A stretch of 38,121 nt of DNA from Holosporales bacterium (lineage in GTDB: Bacteria > Pseudomonadota > Alphaproteobacteria > Caedimonadales > UBA9215): contig DOCA01000090.1 of NCBI GenBank assembly GCA_003503995.1, forward strand, positions 1 to 38,121, read 5' to 3'. Below are positions 17,473 to 27,125 of this stretch, piece by piece. The notes beneath the pieces are model-generated. The model saw only the letters and a list, made by a program, of their open reading frames with translations. It was not told where the DNA came from and did not search any database. The position numbers and the translations under genes were made by a program. How positions within the stretch are numbered: the first letter of the stretch is position 1; the number at the start of each line of letters is the position of its first letter.

Positions 17473-20376
17473 ATGGATGTCATTCATACCTATGGCGGCG
17501 GGCACATGCTCTACGAAGTATTTAATGTTATTGCAATGATTTGTCAGTCGGACTCTCCTTATTGGACGAGCTTTATGTATCCCGCTCTTTTGGTTGGAGG
17601 CTTATGGGCGGCGGTGACTGCTACTGCTCAAGCCAACCTTGGGATTTTTGCTAAAAAATGGTTTGTGCCAACCTATGCCCTCCTTCTTATTGCTCTTGTG
17701 CCAAAGACACATCTTAATATTATTGATGAGGTAGACCCGACATTTGCATCGGATCGTGTTGATAATATTCCAGCTGGTCTTGCTGTGATTGCAACGGCCA
17801 GTTCTTCTTTATCACGAGGTCTCACAGAAATCATGGAAGATGCTTTTGAGACAACGGATTTAACACGCTTTACGAAGACAGGTTTCGCATTTTCGTCACG
17901 TCTCACCCAAGAAGCTAGAACCATGCGTATTAAGGATACGCGTGTCCGTCAAAATGTTAAGGATTGGGCGGATCAATGCGTTTGGTTGCCTTATCTTAAA
18001 ACAAACATTCGAGGCAAAAGAGAGGCTGTTAGAAAGAGTGAAGATATTTTGACTTGGGTTCAAGCCAACGGTCATCCGTCCTTAGGAACATATTGGAGAA
18101 ACGAAGACGGATCAAGAGAATATAAGACCTGTCGAGCAACAGCTATTGATATTCGAGCTGCCATGGAAGCAGAAGGTGAAAAGGGTTTGAAAACCTTAGG
18201 AGCTCGTTTATTTGGCTTCGCACCATCTGGGGTAGGTGCAGATCATCTAAGACCTATCATGCAAGAAGCTTGGCAGTTGGTTTCTAATTCCACAAGAAAT
18301 GCGTCTCAGCAAGTTCAGCAAATGATGGTTGTGAATGCTCAAAAGGAAGCTTTTGACGATGCGAGAGAGGCCCATCGTTATCCACGTTTACATCCTGAAT
18401 TAGTGTCCGTCAATGCTGCTCGTAATCTTGAATCTCAAGGAATGGCTGGTTTTATGAAAAATGTTGTTGGATCAACAACCATGCCGCTGCTTCAGGGGTT
18501 TTTGTTGGCCTTATTGTCGGTGATGTTTTTGCTTGTCATTCCCTTTGCGTTTATGCCAGGCGGCCTCAAAATCTTTGCTTTATGGGCCAAGATGATGTTT
18601 GCCATTCAAATGTGGCCTGTGTTTTCGACAATTTTAAATGCGTTGTCTTTAATGATGCTTCAACGATCTACTGAAACCGTTATGGATGGGTCAGTTGGAT
18701 TTAGCATTGCGACCACTTCCGGTTTAGCGGATGCCGCCTTTAATGTAGCTGGTTGGGCTGCTGGAATGCAATTAATGGTTCCGTTGTTAGCGTGGGGATT
18801 TGTTTCAGGAGGGCAGTTTGCCATCACACAAATAATGCAAAGTGCAACTGGGGGTATGGATGCGGGAGCAAGTCGTATGGCTGCTGAGGCTGCCGATGGC
18901 AATCTTTCCATGGGGAATCAAAATCTCATGAATGAGACTATTGCGTCTCGCTCCGTTGCCCAACAAAACAATGTTGGAAGTCATAATTACGCGGAAACGC
19001 TTAATACAGGATCACAGGTTATAACCCAAGGAGAGAATGGAGAAATGAAGGTTCAGGAAAACCAAGATACCCTTCGAGAAAACTACTCAAGTTCAGGTCA
19101 ATTAAGTTCCTCCATCGGTAATAGCGTTAGAGATTCTAAGGCCCTTACTGAGCAACAACAAAATAGCTTTAATAAAACCGTTTCTGATACATCTGCGGAA
19201 CTCCTTTCTTTCACAGAGAAGGTCGCTAACGGAACCATTGTGGATGAGGGGGCAACCGCTTCCGAAAGAGCCGCGATGCAAAAAACAGCTGAAGAAACCC
19301 TAAGGCAGTCTAATAACTTTAATCAGTCCCATGGCGTGAGTGCAAAAACAGCAGTTGAAGCTGGTTTGAGAGGAAGCCTCGGAACTGGCGCTATAGGAAG
19401 ACTGGCAGGAATAGAAGTTAACGCACATGGTGCCGTTACGTCAGGTGCTGAAAATAACGAAGCGATGAATAAAGTTTCGAACACTGACGAAGGAAAAGCC
19501 CTTACTAATAATATCTCAAAGATGAAAGATTTTGCCACGAGCAAAAATGCAAAACTCACAGATTCATCTGGTGCGGATGCTGCAACTACCTTGAATCACA
19601 GTTTGAACAGAACGCAATCCACAGGAGAAGCCTATAGTCGTTCTGCTGTGATCTCTAAAAATTGGGAGAAGACCCAAGCTCTTAACGATCAAAATACCGT
19701 TGGAACCAACGCTAATGATAATGATCCATGGCTTTCCTTCTTAGGAGATAAAACAGGTCGATCAAGAGCTGATCTTGTTTCTTATATTAATCAAGGTGGT
19801 TCAGAAGTAGAGGGCTATAAATCGGAATTCTTGGCATCAAAGAAAGCAGCGATTAGGTCCGCTGTTGAAAACAGTGATCATATATTTACGGATCAGGAAG
19901 CACAAAGACATTTGAGCCAAACGCCAGAGATTAACTCCACAGGGCGCGAGACTGTTCAAAGAGCCATTGATACCTCCGGTCTCAAAACACCTCAAAACCT
20001 CAATACACAATTCGAGGCGTATAAGAAGGATGCTAATGATCATCTAAAGCAAAATGATAACAATATTTCTTTGAGGGAACAGTCTATGGGGGATGGGCAC
20101 AAAGCGAATCAAAATAAATTTGAGTATGAAAATAGTAGAACTAATATGGCACGTTCAGACGAGAAAACAATGGGTGATCTAAAAACAAGCGCTGTTGGTA
20201 TTTATGAAGATGCAAAAGATCTTGTGGGTCTTAATACAGTAAATTATGATAATCCTCTGGAAGGCGCTTCCAGCTCATGGAAGTCACAACTCAATAAATC
20301 AACTCTCCAGAAAAAAACTGACTCAATCACTCAAGACCAGAAAGACTTTGATGCGATAAATAAGGGGAAGAAGTAA
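17473..20376 (+). CDS. traG: type-F conjugative transfer protein TraG (pilus assembly / mating-pair stabilisation)
   Basis: 967 aa. The N-terminal half is polytopic membrane and the C-terminal half is a long hydrophilic N/Q/S-rich region. This is the usual TraG_N architecture and position. Confidence 0.88.
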   Translation: MDVIHTYGGGHMLYEVFNVIAMICQSDSPYWTSFMYPALLVGGLWAAVTATAQANLGIFAKKWFVPTYALLLIALVPKTHLNIIDEVDPTFASDRVDNIPAGLAVIATASSSLSRGLTEIMEDAFETTDLTRFTKTGFAFSSRLTQEARTMRIKDTRVRQNVKDWADQCVWLPYLKTNIRGKREAVRKSEDILTWVQANGHPSLGTYWRNEDGSREYKTCRATAIDIRAAMEAEGEKGLKTLGARLFGFAPSGVGADHLRPIMQEAWQLVSNSTRNASQQVQQMMVVNAQKEAFDDAREAHRYPRLHPELVSVNAARNLESQGMAGFMKNVVGSTTMPLLQGFLLALLSVMFLLVIPFAFMPGGLKIFALWAKMMFAIQMWPVFSTILNALSLMMLQRSTETVMDGSVGFSIATTSGLADAAFNVAGWAAGMQLMVPLLAWGFVSGGQFAITQIMQSATGGMDAGASRMAAEAADGNLSMGNQNLMNETIASRSVAQQNNVGSHNYAETLNTGSQVITQGENGEMKVQENQDTLRENYSSSGQLSSSIGNSVRDSKALTEQQQNSFNKTVSDTSAELLSFTEKVANGTIVDEGATASERAAMQKTAEETLRQSNNFNQSHGVSAKTAVEAGLRGSLGTGAIGRLAGIEVNAHGAVTSGAENNEAMNKVSNTDEGKALTNNISKMKDFATSKNAKLTDSSGADAATTLNHSLNRTQSTGEAYSRSAVISKNWEKTQALNDQNTVGTNANDNDPWLSFLGDKTGRSRADLVSYINQGGSEVEGYKSEFLASKKAAIRSAVENSDHIFTDQEAQRHLSQTPEINSTGRETVQRAIDTSGLKTPQNLNTQFEAYKKDANDHLKQNDNNISLREQSMGDGHKANQNKFEYENSRTNMARSDEKTMGDLKTSAVGIYEDAKDLVGLNTVNYDNPLEGASSSWKSQLNKSTLQKKTDSITQDQKDFDAINKGKK

Positions 20377-20381
20377 TGGGT

Positions 20382-20963
20382 CTAGCTAGAAACTCCGCCA
20401 ATGGCTGTTGGAGATCCCGTGTAGACTCCGGCAATATCGTATCCCGCTACGCCATACATCACATTTGTACTAGAAGTTTGAGAGGAATTATAACCATACC
20501 TATCTTCAAAGGAAGGTTTTCTTTTTGTTCTATCTCCAATCCAAGGCTTATACTTTGCGATTCGGGCTATACAAAGCGGTATGAAAAAGCAAAAAATCCC
20601 ATAGTAGAAAATTCCATTTTCGAAAAAGAAAGAGATAATGAAAAAAGCGGCTTTGGAAATCATCAAAAGGTCATTGTAGGTATTCATGCTTTCTACTGTT
20701 GTGGCGAGTCCCTTGAAAGCTTTCTCAGTTTTGTATTTAGACTCCTCCATACCGTTGAAAAAAAACAAAGCATCCGTAATCAAAATACCCAGAGCAAAAG
20801 CTGTAAGGGAATAAAGAGGATTATGGGAAAGCAAGAAGGTAATAAAAAAGGCAAAAATCCCAACAAACCTACTAATGGTCTTCAAGGCATGAATATGATC
20901 ACTGTTCTCAAACTTCTTAAAAAACCAATTCATTTGCTTTTGCGGATGATTGAATGTAGGCAT
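20382..20963 (-). CDS. hypothetical 4-TM inner-membrane protein in the traS/traT position
   Basis: GGGAAG RBS 5 nt upstream of the ATG. Four hydrophobic segments are visible: FVGIFAFFITFLL, LTAFALGILITDALFFF, AAFFIISFFF and IFYYGIFCFFIPLCIA. It converges on traG with a 5-nt gap. The overlapping + strand ORF looks like antisense noise. Confidence 0.6.
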   Translation of the reverse strand: MPTFNHPQKQMNWFFKKFENSDHIHALKTISRFVGIFAFFITFLLSHNPLYSLTAFALGILITDALFFFNGMEESKYKTEKAFKGLATTVESMNTYNDLLMISKAAFFIISFFFENGIFYYGIFCFFIPLCIARIAKYKPWIGDRTKRKPSFEDRYGYNSSQTSSTNVMYGVAGYDIAGVYTGSPTAIGGVSS

Positions 20964-21045
20964 ATTTCTTCCCTGAAAAATCTTATTAATTATACTTATA
21001 GTATAGCATTTTCAACAAATCACGCAAAGTAAAAAGGATATAAAA

Positions 21046-22749
21046 ATGGCTAAAAACTTCGTTCGAGGCGGTCAACTTCACCTTCATAACTTAAGGATGA
21101 TTAAACAAGTTATGACTGTCGGTATTGTTATTTCTCTGTTTATTGGGGGAGGGTTATTTTCTCTTCGTGTAGTGGATAAAGTCCCTTTTTATCTTATTAA
21201 GCAATACTTGGTGAGCTATAAGGCAGAGTATATCTTGCCTTGGAAATCTGAATCTCAAAAGCACCGTTATATTATATCTTGGCCAAATGAACATGGATCA
21301 GAACAAATCAGAGCCACCGATATTCTCAATCATTCTTATACTTCTAATTTAAGAGGCCACGTAGAAACAGAGGTGAGTAAACAACTGGGTTATGGATTAA
21401 AAGCTTTTCTTATTAGCTTGGCAGTGTTGCTTTTGTTCTGGGCTTTAAAGGGACGTGCTAACTTCAAATCAAAACGTCTCAGAGGACAATTCCTAGTTTC
21501 CTCCCGAAAACTTAAGAGAATGATTTTTATCAAACGAAAGGCCTCTGACCTTAAAGTCGAGAACCTTCCTCTTATCAAAAATTCTGAAACAAAACATATT
21601 TTGGCCGTTGGCACAACAGGAGCCGGAAAGACAAATCTTTATAATGATCTATTGCCCCAAATTGAAAAACGCAAAAACAGAGCCCTTGTGATAGATACAA
21701 CGGGGGATATGATTTCAAAATATTACAATCCTGAAAGGGGGGATGTCATTATTAACCCCTTCGATGTGCGCTCCTCTAACTGGGATATTGTGAATGAATG
21801 TCGCTATGAATATCAGTTTGATAACTTGGCGCAATCAATTGTCCCAAAAAACAATGAGCACTCTGATCCTCTTTGGAAAAATGGATCAGCTAAAATATTC
21901 TCCGTTGGTCTTCAAAAGGCAAAAGAACAAGAAATATCTCCGAAAGAACTTCATCGTATTTTGGTCAAATCTTCTTTGAAGGAGTTTGGCGCATTCTTCT
22001 GGGGCACCGATGCTTATCCCTTTGCCGATCCAAAGGGAGAGCGAACAACCCTTAGCTTTCGATCAACCTTAGCCAGTAGTGTTCAGTTTCTAAAGTTCCT
22101 CGGAAAAGGCAAAGATGATTTCTTGCTTTCCCAGTGGGTTCGGGATGGTGAAGCTAAAAATTGGGTCTTTGTAACAGCTAATGAGGATATGATTGCCACT
22201 CTGAATCCTCTTATCTCTGCCTTCTTTAACTCAACCTCAACAATGCTTATGTCCCTTAAAGAATCGTTTGATAGAAGGTTGTGGTTCATTGTGGATGAGC
22301 TCCCTGCCATTCAGAAGCTTCAAGCCCTTCAAGCAATTTTATCAAAGGGCCGCAAGTATGGTGCTTGTTTCTTTGCAGGTCTTCAAGGCATATCACAGTT
22401 TGAAGAAATCTACGGACACCATGGATCAAAAACAATTCTTAATCTCTTTAACACAAAGTTTTTTTTCAGGTGTGAGGAATTACAAGCAACCGAACAGGTT
22501 TCTAAATGGCTTGGGGATGAGGAAATAGAGGAAGCAAAAGAAAGCCTTTCTTATGGTGCCCATCAAATGAGAGACGGTGTGTCAATGAACCACCAAAAGA
22601 GTATAAGGCGGTTGGTTCTTCCAACGGAAGTGGCGCAATTACCCGACCTTACTTGTTACCTTAAATTCCCCGGAAAATTCCCCATTGCAAAACTTAAGAT
22701 GTCTTATAACGACATCAAAAAACACCACGAAGAATTTGAACTAATCTAA
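21046..22749 (+). CDS. traD: type IV coupling protein TraD (F-type, VirD4 family)
   Basis: Two N-terminal TMs, Walker A GTTGAGKTN, Walker B-like WFIVDELP, and a TraD/TraG-type C-terminal domain. Confidence 0.9.
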   Translation: MAKNFVRGGQLHLHNLRMIKQVMTVGIVISLFIGGGLFSLRVVDKVPFYLIKQYLVSYKAEYILPWKSESQKHRYIISWPNEHGSEQIRATDILNHSYTSNLRGHVETEVSKQLGYGLKAFLISLAVLLLFWALKGRANFKSKRLRGQFLVSSRKLKRMIFIKRKASDLKVENLPLIKNSETKHILAVGTTGAGKTNLYNDLLPQIEKRKNRALVIDTTGDMISKYYNPERGDVIINPFDVRSSNWDIVNECRYEYQFDNLAQSIVPKNNEHSDPLWKNGSAKIFSVGLQKAKEQEISPKELHRILVKSSLKEFGAFFWGTDAYPFADPKGERTTLSFRSTLASSVQFLKFLGKGKDDFLLSQWVRDGEAKNWVFVTANEDMIATLNPLISAFFNSTSTMLMSLKESFDRRLWFIVDELPAIQKLQALQAILSKGRKYGACFFAGLQGISQFEEIYGHHGSKTILNLFNTKFFFRCEELQATEQVSKWLGDEEIEEAKESLSYGAHQMRDGVSMNHQKSIRRLVLPTEVAQLPDLTCYLKFPGKFPIAKLKMSYNDIKKHHEEFELI

Positions 22750-22761
22750 AGGAATATTATT

Positions 22762-23337
22762 ATGGAAAACAATGAAGCTCAACACAATCCTTATCTCTAT
22801 GAGGGTTTAAGCGCAGATCTTGCATCAGAAAGAGAAAAACTGGCTAGTATGACAGGCCATCTTTCTCTTGTTGGTGACCGAATAAAAGAAGATATAACTC
22901 AGTTACACAAAGAATTTCAAGACGCAAAATCTTCCTTGGAAGGTCAACTAAGTGAAGGGTTGAGAGCTGCTTCTGAAGATTTGGCCAATCAATCTTTTAA
23001 TATATTTAAAGATAAGGTTCTTTCAAAAACCCAGGAGTCCATGTCAGGTTTAGAAAAACTGGCCAATAGAACTTACTCAAACATAAGCGATTTAACTTCT
23101 GCCTCCAGACTGAGTTTTAGGAAGCTTATTATCCTAATGTCAGTTGGGGGAATTCTTTCGGGAACTATAGGTGCTATGGGATCTGGTTTTTTCTTCAATA
23201 AATTTTTCCAAGTAAATCCCGGAACAAAGCAACATTTAGCTTGGGGAAGTGCCCTTGAAAAATCTTGGCCTGAACTCACAGAGAGAGAGCAAGATAAGTT
23301 AAACAAGCTTTTGAAGGAAAATGCCCCTCCTTGGTGA
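22762..23337 (+). CDS. hypothetical coiled-coil protein with a C-terminal TM segment
   Basis: AAGGA RBS, 12 nt after traD. A coiled-coil N-terminus is followed by LIILMSVGGILSGTIGAMGSGFFF. No family recognised. Confidence 0.5.
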   Translation: MENNEAQHNPYLYEGLSADLASEREKLASMTGHLSLVGDRIKEDITQLHKEFQDAKSSLEGQLSEGLRAASEDLANQSFNIFKDKVLSKTQESMSGLEKLANRTYSNISDLTSASRLSFRKLIILMSVGGILSGTIGAMGSGFFFNKFFQVNPGTKQHLAWGSALEKSWPELTEREQDKLNKLLKENAPPW

Positions 23338-23798
23338 TTTTTCTTGGTATTCGAGAAACAGACGATATGGGGTTGTGTTCGGGAACCTACATATATGCAC
23401 AATCTGAATTAAGAGAAACTATCGATGAAACCGCTAACAAAGTTGAAGCGTATAATGCTTTAAGTGATTGGGCTCGTTTTGGTGCAGAAACAATCACCGC
23501 CAGCAACGATCCAGACGAAATGGAGAAAGCAATAGGATATAATCTCTTGATTTGTAACTCCGTCATAGTTCAGAACATGGTTGATTTGACAGACACAATA
23601 AACAAGCTCCAGAAATCAGGAGTATCTATTGGAAAAGAGGATATTGCGCGTCTAAGCCCCTATTTAACAAGTCATATTAAACGGTTTGGGGGCTATGTTT
23701 TAGATTTAGATACCGTCCCTAAGGACATATCTCAATTGAAATGTAACGCGTTTTTGCAAGAAAAAGAAGAAGAAAGAGGTTGTATTGGACAGGAATGA
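23331..23798 (+). pseudogene. tnpA: Tn3-family transposase, C-terminal remnant only
   Basis: ELRETIDETANKVEAYNALSDWARFG...YNLLICNSVIVQNMVDL...IARLSPYLTSHIKRFGGYVLD parallels the remembered Tn3 TnpA C-terminus ([25 protein letters not shown]...LNLVTAAIVLWNTVYLE...[20 protein letters not shown]). A full TnpA is about 1000 aa; only about 130 aa remain. Confidence 0.75.
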
Positions 23799-23901
23799 GA
23801 GAAAGCCCATTTTACTATAAAATAATTCACTGAAAGCCTTTGATATCAACGATTTATAAAAATATTGCACTCAGGGTGAAAAGATCGGTTCTCAGAAAAA
23901 A

Positions 23902-23944
23902 CTTTGAGCGCAAACCGTTGGTATTAAACGGTTTAAGCGACCCC
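23902..23944 (-). repeat. candidate Tn3-family terminal inverted repeat (outer end GGGGTC)
   Basis: The minus strand reads GGGGTCGCTTAAACCGTTTAATACCAACGGTTTGCGCTCAAAG. It has the GGGGTC outer end and a GCGCT.AAG-like inner end, as in Tn3-family IRs. It lies downstream of the tnpA remnant in the expected orientation. A second GGGGTC is at 23974-23979. Confidence 0.45.
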
Positions 23945-23962
23945 TAGGGCACATTTGGAACG

Positions 23963-24499
23963 TTACGGGATAGGACCCCTTCCAGGTATTTTCAGATGCT
24001 TGGAAAATATTTCATGAGGCCTTTCGTCTATGAGCGAGCTTATCAACTTCATACGTTCTTTAACAGGTTTTTGTCTATCTTTGGTTTCTTTAATGCTCTC
24101 TAGTTCGAGTTCAAGAAGATATGCTGCATACATTTTATCAAATAGATTCTGGGTATAGATTTTAATATCATCTGGCATTTCCAAACGCGCTTGATCCCTT
24201 GCCTGCCAAAAAAGTGCTTTAGATTCTTCAGTTACTCTAGCGCTCTCGAGTACCAAAGTTATAGCATTACTCAATTTATTATAGACGGAATGAAATATTT
24301 TTCTTTCATCAGCGTGTATTTTATATATTTGTTTTTCTTTTTCTTGTTTGGCAATTTGAAGATTGGATTTTGCAATACCGTTAGCGCGAAAAGCTACATA
24401 GAACAGCCCCACACTAATTATAATACTAACAATGGTGTCAAAAACAGATACTACCGCATGGTATTTTACTAATAATTCATTTATTCTAAATATAGTCAT
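23963..24499 (-). CDS. hypothetical N-terminally membrane-anchored helical protein
   Basis: 178 aa. One TM (VVSVFDTIVSIIISVGLFYVAF), then a predicted helical, charged region. The stop lies 18 nt from the candidate Tn3 IR. The gene is AT-rich. Confidence 0.5.
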   Translation of the reverse strand: MTIFRINELLVKYHAVVSVFDTIVSIIISVGLFYVAFRANGIAKSNLQIAKQEKEKQIYKIHADERKIFHSVYNKLSNAITLVLESARVTEESKALFWQARDQARLEMPDDIKIYTQNLFDKMYAAYLLELELESIKETKDRQKPVKERMKLISSLIDERPHEIFSKHLKIPGRGPIP

Positions 24500-24606
24500 G
24501 TTATGATATCCTGATATATTTGTTATACTTCTCTCATCAAATTCATTTTTTCATGAGGTGTAATGCTGTTTTTATAAGAGCAGAGTGTGAGGGAGCGTGT
24601 CACTTT

Positions 24607-25641
24607 CTACATTTGTGCATTAGTTGGTATGTAATTTTTTAGTCTTTCTTCAAATATAAAACCTGCATTCCTTAATGTCTTCAATTCTGGATTATCCGGT
24701 GTTTCCTCACAAAAATCTTGAAAACTAATAAGCCGATTATCTCCGTTGCTTCTAATTATATCTGACAGAAATATATTAAGTTTATTAAATTTACTAAAAG
24801 CTTTTTCAGATAACGAAAGATTCCAATAGGTGATTCTTGATTTATTGAAATAAGTAAGAAGAGATATTAGAACTTCTCGAACAGGGGTATAGTTCCATGC
24901 TTCTGTATTAAATCTTTCATAATATGTATATCTTAGTTTATTATCTGTTACCTTTAAGGTAATATTTATTGGTAAAAGTGCGCTATCATTTTCATTATAG
25001 TCTTTGTAGCTTGAGCTTTTGATTTGATCTGTTGTTTCAGTCGTTGTTAAAATTAAAACTTCGACAATTTTTCCTTTAAGTCGATGATGATTTAATCTTT
25101 CTATTAATTGTTCAGGGTTTTTATACCATAGAGAATCATAGTGACGATTGTATCGCTCATAAATATTATCAGCAACACCCTTCAACCATTTCAAATTAAC
25201 ACTAAATAACTTAGATGTTTGTTCAAAAACCTCTTCAGTCATTTTAGGCAGCAATGAATCGGGGTTCTTAAGATCAGACAAAAGGATATTGCAACCTGGA
25301 ATAAATCTTGGAATGTCCACAGTTGGAATAGAATGAATTTTAAAGACTTCCAAAAATCGCTCAATACATAGATCAATTTCAGTATTAACCTGCGGTAGTG
25401 TAGAGTGCATTACAGACCTTAATGTCATTGTAATGAAATCATGTAGGCTCACACCAAGATTATCAGCTTGAATTTCATAGAACTGTTTTATCTCTGGTTC
25501 TACACGTAAGGTCATTGATAGTTTTTTTGTATCATTTGTTGGCGATATTTTAATATCGTTAATTTCTGCCTTGTTAATTAGTGCGCATAATAGATTGGTT
25601 ACAGAAAGTTTATTTTTATTCATTATTTTATTTCCTTGCAT
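24607..25641 (-). CDS. hypothetical protein with an N-terminal ribbon-helix-helix-like DNA-binding motif
   Basis: 344 aa and very AT-rich. KKLSMTLRVEPEIKQFYEIQADNLGVSLHDFITMTLRS fits an RHH (Arc/CopG) strand-helix-helix pattern. About 260 aa of the C-terminal region are unassigned. An alternative start is at M7. Confidence 0.5.
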   Translation of the reverse strand: MQGNKIMNKNKLSVTNLLCALINKAEINDIKISPTNDTKKLSMTLRVEPEIKQFYEIQADNLGVSLHDFITMTLRSVMHSTLPQVNTEIDLCIERFLEVFKIHSIPTVDIPRFIPGCNILLSDLKNPDSLLPKMTEEVFEQTSKLFSVNLKWLKGVADNIYERYNRHYDSLWYKNPEQLIERLNHHRLKGKIVEVLILTTTETTDQIKSSSYKDYNENDSALLPINITLKVTDNKLRYTYYERFNTEAWNYTPVREVLISLLTYFNKSRITYWNLSLSEKAFSKFNKLNIFLSDIIRSNGDNRLISFQDFCEETPDNPELKTLRNAGFIFEERLKNYIPTNAQM

Positions 25642-25894
25642 AAGATAATATTATATTTACACAAGTTTTTTTTAATCACAATGATTTTTTTAATCAAACT
25701 GAAACAGTTTGCAGTGATATTCTAATCTTTAACCGCTTTACCCACACATGAGGCCTTGCTAAAAGAGTCCACGAGCTATTTTATATAGCGCCATTTCAGA
25801 AATGAAGTGTGTCATTTTGAGAAAGTAGGCCTTCCAGGCAAAAACGCTCCAAAATTCCGAATAGGCATTTGCTCAGTTGTTTATAGCGATTCTC

Positions 25895-27028
25895 TTAACC
25901 AAAAGCTTTTGTCTCAAAGCAATATCTGAAAATATCTGAAACACATTTTTCAGTTTCCTTTGGTGGTATTTTAGTGATGTCATCTATAGATTTGAGATAT
26001 TCAGAAAATATCTTTAAAACTTCTTGTCCACCTGAGTATTCTATTGAAAATGGTAAAGTACCACTGCCTGTCATGATATAATCACCCATATCAAGAACTG
26101 TACATAGAATATAGTTTCCAATGCTTTGTTGCTCATTCATTGTTTTATCAAAGAGGACTCTTTCTTCACTTGTCATCAGGTCACTAACCTTTATGGCACC
26201 ATTTTTATAAATATCTTCGATCTTAAAGATTGTGAAATGACTTTTTAAAAGTACCTCTATAAGTTTTCTCTCTTGAGGTTTGAAAGTAGGCCTCTTTTCC
26301 TCAAAGATTAGCTGTAAAAGAGGGGTACCCTTTATGCTAAAATATAAAAGACAATGCTCAGCGTGCATACTCATTTCTGCGTCATTGCGGATTCTAATAC
26401 TTTCTTCAAATCCAGCTTCATAAATACCAAGAATCTTAGCGGCAGAAAAAGCTTGAGAATCTGTCACCTCTGAAAATAGATTGGTAATGAGCTTCCCTAG
26501 TACCTTTCTATTCTCTTTGTACTCTTTAAATAAGGACGCATCTTTTTCCCCATGGGGTCGTGCAGTTCTTTTGTTTTCTTTTACTTCCTTTTTTTTCAGA
26601 TCTTTTCCTTCAGACAAGGGACTTATATTCCCCATAAGGAAATCAAAGGCCATCTCGATATCATCCTTTTGTAAGATTTTTTCTATGGTTCTGTCTTTAT
26701 AATGATCCATCAGAAAAAGAATACGTTGATTGCTTTTGCGAAGTTCTTTGTAGTTTGATTCACACGCTGTCACTTGCTCTTCTTGCTTAGGAGTAAGGTT
26801 TTCTTTTTTCCACTCCTTGCATTGGTTGATGAAATGAATAATATCTTTATTTTGCTCAGTATAAAGCTTTACACTACGCTCAACGATAGCGTCATCCAAA
26901 ACATGAGGCCTATCCTGTGCTTCTTCAAAATTCTCAAGATTCTCTTGTGACGATTCCAGCATGGTCTTTGAAAGGTCATAAATCATAGGAATCATTGAAA
27001 TCGGCTGAGGTATAAATGACTTGGGCAT
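25895..27028 (-). CDS. hypothetical protein, 377 aa
   Basis: Long intact ORF preceded by an extended -10 (TGTTATAAT on the minus strand, around 27108-27116). No family recognised by eye. Confidence 0.5.
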   Translation of the reverse strand: MPKSFIPQPISMIPMIYDLSKTMLESSQENLENFEEAQDRPHVLDDAIVERSVKLYTEQNKDIIHFINQCKEWKKENLTPKQEEQVTACESNYKELRKSNQRILFLMDHYKDRTIEKILQKDDIEMAFDFLMGNISPLSEGKDLKKKEVKENKRTARPHGEKDASLFKEYKENRKVLGKLITNLFSEVTDSQAFSAAKILGIYEAGFEESIRIRNDAEMSMHAEHCLLYFSIKGTPLLQLIFEEKRPTFKPQERKLIEVLLKSHFTIFKIEDIYKNGAIKVSDLMTSEERVLFDKTMNEQQSIGNYILCTVLDMGDYIMTGSGTLPFSIEYSGGQEVLKIFSEYLKSIDDITKIPPKETEKCVSDIFRYCFETKAFG

Positions 27029-27125
27029 AAATAAGTGACCTTTTAAAAATAATATCAGTGAACTTTTAGGCTCATGAGAAAAGAACTAGCATTTTTGGAG
27101 ATTAACTCGCAAGGATTATAACATT

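Noticed and set aside
20376-21032. 218-aa + strand ORF immediately after traG.
   Set aside because: Its composition is Cys/Arg/Ser/Ile-rich and nonsense-like, and it has no RBS. It is exactly antisense to a well-formed 4-TM ORF that does have a good RBS, so it was treated as a shadow ORF.
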